Shown: in pieces, positions 38,667 through 50,523 of the stretch
Numbering within the stretch: the first letter of the stretch is position 1
Layout of the letters: every line of letters starts with the position of its first letter
Source: Ostrea edulis
Taxonomy: Eukaryota
Reading direction: 5' to 3'
Assembly: GCF_947568905.1 (NCBI RefSeq)
Contig: NC_079170.1
Span: 67,890,001-67,954,000, forward strand
DNA length: 64,000 nucleotides
Notes under the pieces: generated by a model
What the model saw: the letters and a program-made list of their open reading frames with translations, nothing else
Database searches by the model: none
Told to the model about the DNA's origin: nothing
Translations under genes and position numbers: made by a program

Positions 38667-39681
38667 CTTATCATAATTTGAAAATATTAAAATTAATCCT
38701 CAGAAGGATTTGTAGGTTCAACTTAAACTTTTGTAGACAATAAATGTATGAGAAACTCAAATGCTGCACCTTTTTCTTACATTGTGACCTTTATTAATCC
38801 TTCTTTTCTTTGGTCTTTGAGCCTTTGCATGGCTAATCTGGTAATTCTCTTTTAGTGGAGTGTCATCAATACTCTCTGAACAGATACTCTTCTTCTGACC
38901 TTCCGATTTTAATCCACTGCTCCTAATTATTATTTGAAAATACTTAAACTCATCCGCAGAAGGATTTTTCGTTTCAACTTGCTTTTAAACAAAATAATGT
39001 GTAAAAACTCTGCATCTTTTTCTTACCTTGTGTATCCTCCTTTTCTTTGGTCTTTGAGCTTCTGCAGGTGCATGGCTATTTTGGTTATTCTTTTTTAGTG
39101 GAGTGTCATCAATACTCTCTGAACAGATACTCTTCTTCTGACCTTCAGACTTCATCCACTGCTCCTAATTATTATTTGAAAATACTCAAATTCATCCTTC
39201 GAAGGATTTCTTGTTCTTTTTTTTAGACAATAAATGTACAAAAACTTTTCCTCTGTTTCTTAACTCTGTATCTTTTTTTTTTACCTTGCGACCTTTGTGT
39301 ATCCATTTTTTCTCCGGTCTTTGAGCTTCTGCAGGTGCATGACTATTTTGGTTATTCTCTTTTAGTGGAGTGTCATCAATACTCTCTGAACAGATACTCT
39401 TCTTCTGACCTTCAGACTCCATCCACTGCTCCTAATTATTATTTGAAAATACTGTACTAAAATTCATCCTCAGAAAGATTTCTTAGTAAACTTAAATTCT
39501 TTTTCGACAAAAAATGTATAAGAAATTTTCTTCTATTTCTTAACTCTGTGTCTTTTTCTCACCTCGTGACCTTTGTGTATCCTCCTTTTTTTGGTCTCTG
39601 AACTTCTGCATTGCTCTTTTGGTTATTCTCATATAGTGGAGTGTCATTAATGAGTAGGCAATCATCCGGAAAAGTAAACAC
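38666..39681 (-). repeat. Four tandem exon-plus-intron units of 242-267 bp
   Basis: Exon-like parts at 39563-39681, 39285-39431, 39027-39164 and 38781-38922, each followed by gtRaga/gtaaaa and an AT-rich ...ataattag/gataag acceptor. Confidence 0.7.
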
Positions 39682-39742
39682 CTAAAATGTTACTCCCAAA
39701 TTTTGAATGATTAAAATAAATTTCATTTGTTAGACAATATAC

Positions 39743-39882
39743 ATTTATTGCATGAATATTCGGGAGATATGAAGATTTATTCCCCCAAGAAAAATTTTAT
39801 TTCCCAAGGGCATCGCTCTAAGGAAATATGATTTTTCTGGGGGAATAAATCTTCATATCTCCCAAATATTCATGCAATAAAT
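39743..39882. mobile_element. Palindromic fold-back MITE
   Basis: About 55-bp near-perfect inverted arms (atttattgcatgaatatt..ggagatatgaagatttattcccc / reverse complement). Confidence 0.75.
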
Positions 39883-40253
39883 TGTTTATCATACTTAAAC
39901 AACATACCGCTATAGTAAAAACATTGAGTTCTAACAGTTTCAACTTTGCCAACTCTAATAAAGCAAAACTGTACATGTTCCTTTCTATGTTGATTTTTTA
40001 TTTTTTTATTTCTTTAATCATTCAAATTATATATTAGAGTTGAATTAGTTTTCTGATATAAGATGAATTAGAACATTTATACACTTTATATATCAATTAA
40101 AATAAAAAATAAAATGTTGCTATGGTATCTAGGTGTTTTTGCAAAGTTATAGTAGTCTTTCCCAGCTGAGCTGTAATTGAAAATATAAGAAAAGTGGATA
40201 TATGAGCAAAATTAAAACCTGTACTACCCACGGTTTCAATGGTAGGGGAGTGT

Positions 40254-40532
40254 CACAGCCAATTGTGCCTCATGTGAATTTCATGTGAAGAGAGCAATTA
40301 CATGATTTTCACATGAAATACACTTCACATGAATTTTATATGAAATTTTTTCGCATGAATTTCACATGATTTTTTTGTGTGCAAGATATCACAAAATCAT
40401 ATTTACATATATATGTAAACATGAAAATCACTTCATGTGAATTTCGCATGAAACGTTCTCACGTAAAATTCATGTGAGTGCTCTTTTCACACGAATTTCA
40501 CATGGAATTCATGCGAGGCAGAATTACTTGTG
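40254..40532. mobile_element. MITE with internal ttcacatg repeats
   Basis: Imperfect TIRs cacagccaattgtgcctc / gaggcagaattacttgtg. Interior rich in (a)tttcacatga. Confidence 0.55.
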
Positions 40533-40682
40533 AACAAGCATTAGAAAGTATTAAGAGTTAATAGCAATGATTGTTATGAGGTATCATTAGCATGCTTGAG
40601 TTAATATATGTCACATTCTTTAATTTTCAAGAAAAGAAAATCCACATTTAGGTATAGGACTGGGACAATTATATAAATAATG

Positions 40683-40897
40683 TAAACCAACTTTATTAGT
40701 AACAAAGTAATTTTGGGGACCACAAGCATCAAAGTAGTCCGGGACCACAAATTTACGATTTAGGTTTCATGATGTTTATTCATTGTGCATTTATGTTTAC
40801 TTGCAAAAGTTGTCTGTCCACGACTACTAATATTCATGCCAAAGAGGTCTCGCATTGTTGCAAATATTTTTTGCACACACTAATAAAAGTTGGTTTA
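40683..40897. mobile_element. Small TIR element
   Basis: taaaccaactttatta / taataaaagttggttta inverted ends. Confidence 0.5.
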
Positions 40898-40970
40898 AAC
40901 TTATCTCAATAGGCATATCAATACCATTCAATGAAATATCATTTTTGAAAATCAACTTAGATGGCATTTA

Positions 40971-41362
40971 TGAAAGGTGAAGATAACGAACAGCGACCGA
41001 CCCCATAACTCCTATAAGCAATACAAAATAGAGAGTTGGGCAAACACGGACCCCTGGACACACCAGAGGTGGGATCAGGTGTCTAGGAGGAGTAAGCATC
41101 CCCCGTCGACCGGTCACACCCGCCGTGAGCCCTATCTCTTGATCAGGTAAATTGAGTTATCCGCAGTCAAAATCAGTGTGCCAAGAACGGTCTAACAATC
41201 AGTATGAAACACGCCAGACAGCATTTGACCCAATGATAGGTTGCATTGGCAAACCAGATCATTACAACGACCATAGAACTCGCGAAATGATTACTTTAAA
41301 CAAGACTGTTGAAACCCCTGACCATCAACTTCTTTGTCAGTAGTCTGCCTCGATTTAAAAAC
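40971..41362 (-). mobile_element. Short Naiad-type PLE 3' copy (copy H)
   Basis: Reverse complement of the 3' UTR plus the RT C-terminus. The truncation point abuts the 51-bp satellite. Confidence 0.85.
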
Positions 41363-41930
41363 TGCCTCCTAATTAATGGACAACCTTAACTCCTAAAGAA
41401 TGGACTATTTTTCTTCCTCATAATTGATGGACAATCTTACCTCCCAAAGTATGGATTGTTTAACTGCCTCCTAATTAGTTGACAAACTTAACTCCTAAAG
41501 AATGGACTATTTTTCTTCCTCATAATTGATGGACAATCTTAGCTCCCAAAGTATGGACTATTTAACTGCCTCCTAATTAGTGGACGAACTTAATTCCTAA
41601 AGAATGGACTATTTTTCTTCCTCATAATTGATGGACAATCTTAGCTCCCAAAGTATGGACTATTTAACTGTCTCCTAATTAATGGACAATTTTCACTCTC
41701 AAGTACAGATTTTTCGTTTGCCTCTTAATCGCTGGACAACCTTTGTGCCCAAAGTATGGACTATTTAACTGCCTTCTAACTGGTAGACAATCTTATATCT
41801 TAAAGAATTGACTATTTATCTGCCTCCTAATTGATTAAAAATCTTAGATCTCAGAGTCTGGACTTATTGGACTTTTTATCTGTCTCATAATTGATGGACA
41901 ATCTTAGCTCAAAGTATGGATTATTTACTG
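41360..41930. repeat. 51-bp satellite arranged as a 102-bp dimer
   Basis: aactgcctcctaatt restarts at 41360 and 41462 and onward, alternating with ttcttcctcataattgatggacaatcttagctcccaaag units. Confidence 0.85.
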
Positions 41931-43299
41931 CCTCTTTATAATAACATAATGTACCTTGTAACCTCTCTGTTTTCCTTCCTCTTAGGTGCATGTCCCTTCT
42001 TAAGTGCACCATCCTGACTTTCTACAAAAAATAATCTAAACATCTGTAGACATTGAAAATACAACTGAATGGATGCATAAAAATAAAGCTATGAAACTGC
42101 TAATAACTAAAGTGCTCAAGATTGTCCGATCTTCTGCCCACTGAATTGTTAAGTGCTGTTATCTTCCTAAAAGGTGTTGCCAGTTTTTTTATACATATAA
42201 ATTAAAATTAAAAGAAATTTTACTATAGTATCAAGTTATTTTGTTTAAAGTTATAGAATTTTTAGCCAGCCGAATTGTAATGGAAAATATAGGAAAAGAG
42301 AAGACTTGTGTACAAAACTTTTAAATGGCAGACTAAAGTGTCAGACTCGCGAACTTTAAACATCAAGGATACGGGTTCTCTGTTATATCACTTAGCAAAA
42401 CTCACTGATGATTAGCAACATGCAATAGTAACACTATTAGACTACCATAAAAGCTGAAATATATGCCATTCACAAATAATTCTTGGATTTAAGAGTTATC
42501 AAATTTTGATGAGGAGTGACATTAATTTATTATCATTTGATTTAAAGATACTTTTTTCTTTAAAACTGACAAAAAGTCATCCAAAGCCCAACAGTGCTGC
42601 TCGAACAGCTAACAGACACCATTAATCTTAACCTTGGATTGAATGATCCCAAAATCTGTAGATGTCTTCCTTCAACACTTTTCTACCTATGAAATCATGA
42701 CCAGATGACCATACCCATTGCACTTTTGCTCTATATTCCTTGTAACTACCAGATGTGTTTGTAACTCCATAGATGCAAGTCAAAATGAACAGCAATAGCT
42801 CTGATGGCATATTGACAATGATGCACTACTGCGTATCATAGAATAAGCCAGCAGAGTAATAGCAGTTTATAATGCCATGGTCAAAAAAAAAGAAAAAAGA
42901 AAAAATTATATCGCTTTATCACTTGTATCAACGTGTTTCAAAATAGTATTGCTTAAAATACTAGATGATTTTACAACAATTAACACTCATGATCAGCTTA
43001 GACAAGAAGTCTAGTGTACAATGACTGTTTAAATTTACCGTCCGGATCTGGAACGCAGAATTCCAGATAAACAAGACAAAATATCGTTTAAAAATTCCAT
43101 TCCCAAATAAAATAGACCGGAAACTGAAGCATCCAGATAAATGGCATCCAGATATCTGAAGCCCAACTGTATAGCTTAAGGGAATGTATCTAAACAATTT
43201 CAAGATTTTCATATCATTGGTATAAGGATCATCCAGATGACCCCCCTTCAGGAGACTATGGCTACATATCAATTGCATATCATTTACTTTAAAAATTGC

Positions 43300-43760
43300 T
43301 TGTTATTACTAATATATACTCAGATTGTTTGCTATAGGCCTGGTAATAGAGAAGAAGATTTTGTAAAGAATTGATGCATTTTCCCTTTCTGACCAATAAA
43401 GCCATGCCCTAGCAACAGAACCCCTGACCTGGGGTAATGAAATTTACAATTTTTGGTAGAGGCCCCCTTGCGAATCATTACTATGTACTTTGTTTGCTAC
43501 ATGCCTTAGAGTAGAGAAGAAGATTTTTATAAAATGCATAAATTTTTACAGTTTTTACCCAAACTTTAAGGTCCCTTATGGGTGGGGGTCATGAAATTTA
43601 TAATTTATGTTCCCCTCACCCTACAGGTGCTAAATACCAAATTTGGTCAAGATTGGCTCAATAATATTTGAGAAGAAGTTGAAAATGATCAAATGTTAAT
43701 AGACGACAGGAACAAACACGGATCGCAAAAGGTCACATGGGTGATTCAGATGACTTAAAT
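43300..43760 (+). mobile_element. HINE / Cg170-like fragment
   Basis: Same monomer type as 30655-31790, with a gacgacagg...gatcgcaaaaggtcac 3' module. Confidence 0.6.
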
Positions 43761-44743
43761 TGCTAAAAAGTGTTGCCAGATTAACTGACATGATGGCTAA
43801 TAAAAAGCACCAATAAAAGAGATGCGAGCCTAAAAAAGATCATCTGGTTATTTTGATTACCTTTAGTCCACTTTAGGTCGTCCAAAAAACACTGTAGGGT
43901 CTTTTTCTTTCTTGCAAGACAACCTGAAAATCATAATTGTAGACGAGCATCAAAAATTAGGCCAGGCGTGTTGTTCATCTTGGAGGTATTTACGTTAACA
44001 ATTACATTGACATCCTTTTGTATCTTGTCCATTTCAGTAGAAATAAACATGTTTCCAATACTGCCCCAGATTTGCACATGGGCATGGACCTTTTACCCAG
44101 TCATTTTAGTAAAGGGCCCATTGATGAGTATAATTATGTAAAAAAAAAATTGTCTTGCAAGTCTTATCCGGTTTCCGATTAATCAAAATATTAAATTATA
44201 CAGATGTCTATTATACTGAGATGTTAGGAATATAAAACATAATATTTTTCTTTTCATTTTACAATTGTACAACTTGGCATAGAAATAGTTTACCGAGTTT
44301 GAAATCTAGTTGGGACTATATTTTCAGTGGAACAGTGGTGTATGAAAATATAACTCTTTTTTTTTGCTAATGTACCGATAAATAAATTAGGGATGGTTGG
44401 GGAACCGGAAACACACTATTTATTTATTCAGGCCTAATCAATGAATGTTTTAAAATTAGTCAAGGCCACCTTTAAAAAATTGTTTGTTTGCCCTCTCCTG
44501 ACCGACTGACAAAAAAGTACCTGACTCGAGATATTTTTATTAACAATTAATGTAAGCATAATTTTTTTTGTTGAAATCCAGTTGTTTGCACACCTTTTTT
44601 CTATTTAATTTTGGCACAAATTTTGAAAAAAAAAATAAAAATTTCCCTACCTACCGACCCAAAGATTAAACACCGAGTCGGGAGTGGGCAAACCAACAAG
44701 TTGGTAGGCTCGACTAGTAAAGAAAATAGATCCACATAGTTTG

Positions 44744-45193
44744 TAGGGCTGAAACGATACGCCCCCGGCCCTTCACGATACGATACATATTGCAATACTA
44801 AAGCCACGATTCAATACTTTCAACACAATTTACAGAAGAAACTAATAATAACATTGAAGAAAAATTTAATTACCAAGATTCACAATCATAATTTTAAAAG
44901 CAAAATGTTTCCAAACTGCCGAACGGTAAGATGCCTGTTGGCTCTGTAGTTTAAACTGATAAAGATCATTATTATTTTCGTCAGACTCAAGGCAAACAAC
45001 AGTCTGAACGTTATTGGATGCTATTTTGTCCCTCATGCAGGTTAAAATAATAAGTACAGGCTGAGCCTAATATATTTTACTGAACCCGTTTGTAATAAAC
45101 ATATCGAACTGAAAATCGAGGCAATGAATCGAACATTGAATCGAGCGTTTATATTGAACAGTATCGATATTTCGGTGAATCGTTTCAGCCCTA
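44744..45193. mobile_element. hAT-type MITE
   Basis: Perfect 15-bp TIR tagggctgaaacgat / atcgtttcagcccta. The TSD is only imperfectly recognisable. Confidence 0.75.
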
Positions 45194-46730
45194 AATTAGT
45201 TTGTGGCAATAAAATAGAAACTAAAGTTTGTATTTGAACTTGACCAAAGTATGAACTTTTCTGCCCAATGTTAAATTCACCATGCATGTAAACAGCTGAG
45301 ATATAGTTCATGCCAGTTTGGAAAAAAATCTCTAACAAATTATCACCATGACAAAAAAAATGACTTGCTTTTAATTTAGTTTCTTGCCAAAGTTATTGTT
45401 AGGCCACATAAAATTAATTTTTAGATTCCCATCATTGCCCGCCCCTCTCAAAATATCCCACCCAGCGCTTTTTATATCAGTTTTAAAATATCGGTTAAGA
45501 CCACGAGCATGAACCCTGAACAGCATTCTGTTGTCAACAGAAGCAAAAATAAACTAAGAAGAAAAAAGGAAAGAAGCTAAATTGTATGAATCATATACTT
45601 TTGGTCTTTTCTTCCCATTCTGTGTTATTTTGAAATAGCTCCACATCATCTCTCTTTAGAGAAAATCTACAGAGTGACAAGTCATATTAATTGCATATTA
45701 ATTGCAATGTTCATCTTAATTACCATTAATCACAAGTATGAGAAATCCAAATCCAATTAATACTTCAGGGGTTTTCTTTTTAAAATTTATTCGATTATGC
45801 ATTTTTTTTATCTATTGAAAAACTTTATATAGGTTGGTAAGTTAATAATAAAAAAAATACTAAAAAGCTGATGATATATACTTTATATGCCCCAATCATT
45901 TCATGGCAGGACATAATAATTGCGATGGTGCAATGCAATATGCCTGCTGATTTTGCCTGAATCAAGCCAAAACAAAGTACGTTTTAACTTTTTGATAAAA
46001 ATCGAACTTGGAAACAAGTATTATGTTAATATAATATAGAAATGGTTACAATCTAAAATATTATTTACCATTATTTACTTAATAATCATTCCAAGTACTC
46101 TTAAATTCTGCTTGTACTAAATAATGAATACTCACATAGCATCATCTGACAAGCAATAAACTTTTATGTTACAGTCATCCTCAGATAGTAATTTCACTGG
46201 CCATCGCATTTGACAGGGCACACCTTTAATTCTTGCCCATCGAAACATTTTCAACCTGAAATAGAATTTTCAAAACATTAGTATTAATGATTTTGCATTG
46301 TTCACAGGTTTGAACCTCCTAGCTCTTAGCCAGAGTTCGTTTCCACACAATCCTATTTTATAGATGAGGTCTCAACGTGAAGTTTGTGGTGCAGCATTAC
46401 CGATTTCATGACAAACTCAAGAAATTTTTTGGAGCATTTTTTCTTCACATCTTGTTTTTCTAGTTTTATTTCAGCGTGATCTTCAGCATATTAAAAAATA
46501 AAACGCTACTGCAGGTACCCTTTAAGTAAAAATTATCATAAATATCACCCATGATTTTCAAGGGTTTTTTTTTTCCTTCAGACCCTGTGTAGTTATTTTT
46601 TTATGTGCTGTATTAAGCATGCTGTCTAAGTCTACAAACTTAATAGTGAATTTCCCCTTTCGTTTATTAACTTCATTTTCTAAGTGTCCCTACATTTGCA
46701 GTCATTATTACAACAACAGTGTGCACATTA

Positions 46731-47220
46731 GGCCAAAAATAAAAATAGTTGAGTTTCCGCTAACATTCCAGAAAAAAATAGGGTAGGTAGGTAGGAAATA
46801 TTTTTTTTTTTAATTTTATTTTTCCAAAGTATGTGAAAACATTGTAAGGCCATCATTAAAAATATTTTTGTTTGATGTACTCCGACCCACATTTTTCAAG
46901 GTGGGTAGGTAGGTAGATATTTTTTATTTTTTATTTTTGCAGTATCGAAAAAATTGATTATTGTCATAAAAACGCAGATTTAGAAATTTATTGATGTTTT
47001 CATCAAACATTGGACAAGACAGATTTAATAATTATTGCTATAAAACATTCATCAAAAAAGTTTCTTAGAGAATATAAACCTTTAAAATGAAACAATGTTT
47101 ATTTCCCTGGAAACCAAATTTTAAAAAAAATTAAAAGTACTGAAAAAAAAATGATTGGGTAGGGGCGATTTTCACGGGTCGGTCGGAGTACATCAAACAA
47201 ATCAATTTTTATATTTGGCC
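46731..47220. mobile_element. MITE with GGCC termini (PIF/Harbinger-like)
   Basis: tta|ggccaaa ... tttggcc|taa, plus internal inverted gatgtactccgacc / ggtcggagtacatc. Confidence 0.6.
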
Positions 47221-47255
47221 TAAACTCCAACAAGAAATTTACCTTACAGGTCTAT

Positions 47256-47305
47256 TATTGCTTATAGGAGTTAAGAGATTGATCACTGTTCGTTATCTTC
47301 ACTTT
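47256..47305 (+). mobile_element. 3' tip of Naiad-type PLE (copy I)
   Basis: tattgcttataggagttaagagattgatcactgttcgttatcttcac. Confidence 0.7.
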
Positions 47306-47989
47306 CCATTATGATCTATTATCATTATAACTATAAATGTTCTATTGAATTTTATACTTTCAAAATAAGTTTTGCATAAATTGGATTGCAAGTAAACTTG
47401 ACTTGAGTGTTCTTTTTTTTCTGTAGAAAATTTTTCGATTTAGAGCTAAGTTCTAGCTGTCGAATGCATTACGTCATTGTGTACTGTATAGCACGTGCGC
47501 TTCGTCAAAGTATTTACCGACAGATCACAGAGTAGATAAACGAATATTTATTGGACATATTCAATTTAAATTTGCTTTATATGCTAAAAGATGGCTACAA
47601 ACGCATGCATTATACTAATAAATCATTTTTAATGTCGAATGTTTATGCTATTTTTAGAACGACCGGTGATGGTTGGAAAAACCCACACGTGCATTAACAA
47701 GTGTGTTACTTTGACGGTGTGTAATATCCGACAATAATTGATTATTTTTCACTGTAATAAATGTTTTTATCCAAAATGAAAGCTGAATATGCACCAGTAA
47801 ATTGTAATAAGCATAAATTGACAGCTATTGCATCATACCCCGTGCCGTGATTCGCACTCGACACAGGTGTGAAACATGTGACGCGAGGATTCTAGTAATT
47901 TGAGTTGTCCATGAATTAATTTATAACTGATCACAATTAAAGTAAGTCTTTTCTTAATATTAAGCTGTTATATCATTCATGATTTATGC

Positions 47990-48084
47990 ATAGCGGGAAG
48001 CATAGCGGCAATGTGTGATGCATGGCGGGAGATCGTGAATGCATGGCGGTCCCGCCATGCAAAAACGGCCTGGGGAAACACTGT
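47990..48084. mobile_element. Terminus of a hAT-like non-autonomous element
   Basis: gcatggcgg subterminal repeats ending ...ggggaaacactg (CAGTG end). The partner end was not found. Confidence 0.4.
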
Positions 48085-48658
48085 CCATATAATATTTTAA
48101 GAAAAAAATACTTTTTTCATAATATGAGAAAACTTCAATGCTGATAAAAAAAGATCTCACCTTCTATAATTCAATAACATACTTCTTATATTCAAACCCT
48201 TTCACCGAGCAGTAAGAGACAGGTGTTTGCAATTCAAGAATATCATAAAAAAAGAAAGCATTGTGTCCATCAACAAAGATTTCCAGCACATCAAAGTCAC
48301 AACCTGCACACATAATACATACTCGGAGAATTCAAATGCAGACATTATGATTAATAAACCAACAGGCAAATCATGGTTATCCATAATTCCTTGTAGAAAG
48401 TAACCACTTTCCTCAATCCTTCTTGGTCATAATGGAGTCACAGTTTCCCAATGAACCATGGGGAAATAATGACAATGTCCATATATCACGAGTTAAGCTA
48501 ATAGTAATGGACATATACTGATTTTGATACTCGTCTAATTTGCAAATATTGTGAGTGAAGTATTACTCATCGAATTATTATGAGCCAGGCCATCATTAAA
48601 AATATTTCAGTTTGCCCAAATCCGACTCATGATTATTGGGTATGGGTAGGTAGGTAGG

Positions 48659-48693
<35 letters not shown>

Positions 48694-48989
48694 GAGCGCC
48701 AGATTTTCGAAACTGAATATGTACAAATATAATGCAAGCAACAGATGTCTCTCCAACAAACCTGAAGATGTTCTGTCAGATATTTTAGAATTAAAAACAC
48801 TCAACATTCAAACTGAGTTTTAAAACTGTGTAAAACAACACATCATATCAATGACAGAACTCAGAAACACAGAGAATTACATATGGGGAAAAAAAGTTCA
48901 ATGTTCAATGCATGATTCTCTCCGATTGTCAGATCCTTCTAACAGTGTCAAAAATCATATACCGTATTTTGCCGCAGTTAAGTTTAATA

Positions 48990-49020
<31 letters not shown>

Positions 49021-49752
49021 TTGGGTTTGAAAATCCGGGGGAAAACGCAATTCGTGTGTGCAATACGCAGCAAAAATTTTGATCAAGCGGCAATCTTAAC
49101 TTTATACTTTGCAGTGATTTTCAATGAATATTTTTGCGGAAATAATTAATTACAAACAAAGAATAAGAATTTGCAAACCGCGTAACTATATTTTTGAGAC
49201 ATCAGTCATCTTGACTTTCAACATCGCGGTAATCTTCACTGAATATCCCGGGTAATCATCGTGTTAATTTCAGCAAAGCACGAGAATTTGTAGCATTAAA
49301 GTTTGAACAGACTGGGCATTTCTTTGTTGAAACTTAAAATCATTTAAATAGTCGATGTTGTAAAAATAAAATCGAAATATTAAACTAGCATTTAATTTGT
49401 TGTAATGAACATACCACCAGTGATGTACATTAGGTGCGATATATCAAACCTCTCGTTAACTTATAAAATATGGATACGGTAGAGAAATGAAAAATTCAAG
49501 CACAACCCTCTGGAATTTTGTTTCATGAAGATGGGTATCTAACGTACCCATACAAGTCGTTTGTACGGCAAAAGAAAATATAATACAGTGTATACCGACT
49601 CATGGAAATCGGACAGCGTGCTAATTCATGCTGCATTTTTTCCCCTTCACTTTAATAAAAAGTGTGAAAAAAAATTCTCGGATATTTCTTCACCCTGAGG
49701 ATGTATCTGACAAAATCAAATGACTAGCGCAGTGCACGTACTCAACTATGGC

Positions 49753-50523
49753 TAGTGATGGGAATCGGTGAGAATTTCATAATCGATGATTGGTTCACTG
49801 TAACTAACTAATAATCGATTATAATCGGACAACTATAAATTTTATGATAAAGTCATTCAACTAGTGTACAAGTGTAAATAAATATTTTGTACATTTATAT
49901 TTGTTGTTTCTATTGCTGTCAGAAAAAGTGTAAATGATTTTTTTCTGTGTGTATTTGCTTTTTTTCTATCTTAATATCCTTTAATTACACACATATATTA
50001 AAAGCCAATACAACTTTTAGAAGGGTCTACGCGCCAAAAAAAAAACCGGATATCGTTTGCTTCAGTTATATCCCCGTATATCAAAGTCACATGTCATTAA
50101 CTGACGATGATCCGACATAATTAAAATTCAGCAAAGAAAAATAAGGAAAGAAATTCAAATTATTAAAAAAGAAACAAAAAAATCTATTTTCACCAATTGA
50201 AAGCACAATACGCACGTGCAGAGTGACAATGACCTTTGAAAACGGGTTTTATTTACATATTTCACACATGGCTTTGCTTGTATCAAGATTCTGTTTGATG
50301 GATATTCCTTCGTTTATATGTCTGAATCAAAAGTAATTCGAATGTCACTGCCCTGTGACGACGAACATGCAAGTACCATGCGAACATGTTTTATTCCCCA
50401 GGTATGGCTATCTAGATCAATGCCTTTCGCTTCCATGTGCGTCGCCATTACGATAAACAAAACAAGAGAATGTGCCAACAATCGACTGATTTTCGATTAT
50501 AATTGATGATTGGAACATCACTA
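49753..50523. mobile_element. hAT MITE with 8-bp TSD
   Basis: TIR tagtgatg / catcacta, flanked by actatggc (49745-49752) and actacggc (50524-50531). Confidence 0.85.

Larger units (their letters stand above)
28892..48303 (-). pseudogene. Intron-containing tyrosine-recombinase-like gene nested antisense in FReD intron 4, decayed
   Basis: At least 16 GT(GC)-AG exons with mostly consistent phases. Motifs LLLYNRRRPGELEAL, VEIRGK|NGTRVPV, NPFLFA and LCRHMGH...ELHY. Several frameshifts, an in-frame stop near 38149, an internal deletion near 37110 and one missing exon. Confidence 0.75.
41955..48303 (-). pseudogene. Five small upstream exons of the YR-like gene (48198-48303, 46173-46255, 43861-43923, 42633-42764, 41955-42021)
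   Basis: Phases chain 1-2-1-1-1-2 and give an open peptide CDFDVLEIFVDGH...KGLKMFRWARIKGVPCQMRWPVKLL...FLDDLKW...YKEYRAK... Confidence 0.55.

Noticed and set aside
38168-38743. 191-aa plus-strand ORF of LDSLGHSLD repeats as a gene
   Set aside because: It is the antisense shadow of the 51-bp repeat. The minus frame joins the recognisable YR exon, and the plus frame has no splice or domain support.
28892-39681. Bacterial or phage contamination explaining the integrase motifs
   Set aside because: The gene has many spliceosomal introns and host-type repeats within them.
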